In this document: in pieces, positions 32,322 to 33,640 of the stretch
Layout of the letters: the number at the start of each line of letters is the position of its first letter
Position numbering within the stretch: the stretch's first letter is position 1
Source: a virus
Taxonomy: Duplodnaviria; Caudoviricetes
Virus record (IMG/VR): IMGVR_UViG_3300028588_000064
Span: 1-33,640 of that record
Reading direction: 5' to 3' (one strand)
Length of the DNA: 33,640 nucleotides
Notes under the pieces: generated by a model
Databases searched by the model: none
Told to the model about the DNA's origin: nothing
The model's input: only the letters and a program-made list of their open reading frames with translations
Translations under genes and position numbers: made by a program

Positions 32322-33640
32322 GGTCGTCCCGCCTTCTCTTTGATCTTGCTCACCACCGGGTCGATGACCCGGCTCGCCTTCACCGTACTGATGAGGTCTG
32401 ACAACTTCCCGGCCTTCCCGCCAGCCCGAGCCTCCATGATCCCGATCAGCTCTTTCCCCAGCCCGAGCCGCTGAGCCTCCTGCTGGGCGGCCGCACTGGG
32501 CACACCCTTGCGCCACGCCCGGCCCTTGTCGGCCAGCAGGCGGCCGACGTCGCCGCCATGGTCCTGGGCGAAGTCCTCCGCCATGGCCATGGCCAGCTCG
32601 GCGTCCGGCACCCGGCGGTGCACGCGGCGTCCGCCGAACCGGTCGACGTACGCGACCGACAGGCCCTCGCTGTCCGGCGCCAGGAACACCCAGGCGCCCT
32701 TATCGGCTGGGATGAACAACGCGCCGCCCTTGGTCTTAGTCCAGACCTTGGACGATCGCAGCACCAGCGGGTCGAACTGCTCCACGGCCACCTGACCGGC
32801 GTACGCGTTGACCGGATCCGGGAGAAGGTCCTGGCTCAGGTCGTACTCGTCCTCCAGCGCCCGCAGGCTCTTGCCGTCCTCAGCCTCCAGGCCGGGCCGG
32901 TCCGACAGGTCGGCCACCGAGTTGAGGTCAACACCGTCCGGCGACACGAAGAAGACAATGCAGTCCTGGTCGGCTACCGGGACCGGGCCCTCCCACCACG
33001 GGCGCATTCCGCGGCCCACTCCCTGGATGACCAGCGGGCGTGACCGCGTCGGGCGTCCCCAGATGATGGCTCCAGTTCGGGGACTGTCAAAGCCCTCAGT
33101 GAGGACCATGGCGTTGCAGAGCACCTGAATGTCGCCACGCTCATAAGCGGCCAAGACCTCCCGGCGCTGGAGGACCGGCATGGCGCCCCAGACCACGGCC
33201 GCCGTTACGCCGCGAGCCCGGAACGCATCAGCAAACGCCTCGGCCGACCGCACCAGCGGCGCGAACAGGATCGTGCTCCGATCGGATGCGCGCTCCAGCC
33301 AGGCGTCCACCACGCGCTCCGGGGCGATCGAGTCCACCAGGGCGCTGTCCATGGCCGCGTCGGAGGCCGCGTAAGCCAGCTCGGGCACGCGGACCGTGTA
33401 TCCGACCGGCGGCACGAGGAAGCCCTTACGGACGGCCCAGGAGATGTCCCTGGAGTACACCACGTCGTGCCAGACGTGACCGAGACTCTGGCCGTCGCCG
33501 CGCTCCAGGGTGGCCGTGTAGCCGGTAACGGGAGCGCCGTCCATGCCGCCGAAACTGCCCAGGATGGCCATGTAGGTCGAGCTGACCGCGTGGTGGCACT
33601 CGTCCACGATCAAGCGATTCACACCGCCGACACGGTCTCG
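32318..33640 (-). CDS. SF2 DExH helicase (5' end outside window)
   Basis: IVDECHH, GYTAT, VLTEGFDSP, QGVGRGMR. Confidence 0.92.
   Translation of the reverse strand, partial: RDRVGGVNRLIVDECHHAVSSTYMAILGSFGGMDGAPVTGYTATLERGDGQSLGHVWHDVVYSRDISWAVRKGFLVPPVGYTVRVPELAYAASDAAMDSALVDSIAPERVVDAWLERASDRSTILFAPLVRSAEAFADAFRARGVTAAVVWGAMPVLQRREVLAAYERGDIQVLCNAMVLTEGFDSPRTGAIIWGRPTRSRPLVIQGVGRGMRPWWEGPVPVADQDCIVFFVSPDGVDLNSVADLSDRPGLEAEDGKSLRALEDEYDLSQDLLPDPVNAYAGQVAVEQFDPLVLRSSKVWTKTKGGALFIPADKGAWVFLAPDSEGLSVAYVDRFGGRRVHRRVPDAELAMAMAEDFAQDHGGDVGRLLADKGRAWRKGVPSAAAQQEAQRLGLGKELIGIMEARAGGKAGKLSDLISTVKASRVIDPVVSKIKEKAGRP

Overview
High-GC tailed phage of an actinomycete host (siphovirus-type; no integrase or host genes visible). 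1-22961 (+) is a continuous virion and lysis arm: SPFH protein, TerS, TerL, extended portal, peptidoglycan-binding protein, HK97 protease and capsid, glycosyltransferase, fibre, neck, two tail-tube paralogs, -1 frameshifted chaperone, tape measure, minor tails, endolysin and holin-like proteins. 23017-33640 is a mostly leftward accessory/replication arm ending in a Cas4-like exonuclease and an SF2 helicase. The most unusual part is 23-28.8 kb: an FtsK/TraB-like translocase, a membrane-anchored GIY-YIG protein and a DUF2637-like membrane protein with a C-terminal HTH. They sit beside about 32 hand-counted copies of the hexamer TGGACA/TGTCCA, 17 of them inside the HTH gene itself; a second cluster of about 15 lies in the neck genes. 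About 14 copies of a TGnTATAGT promoter motif, most positioned for leaderless translation, define repeated promoter-gene-terminator cassettes that include unannotated 14-58 aa ORFs. A candidate structured RNA with a tRNA-like T-arm lies at 30.9-31.2 kb. All family calls are from motif recognition by eye, not database searches.
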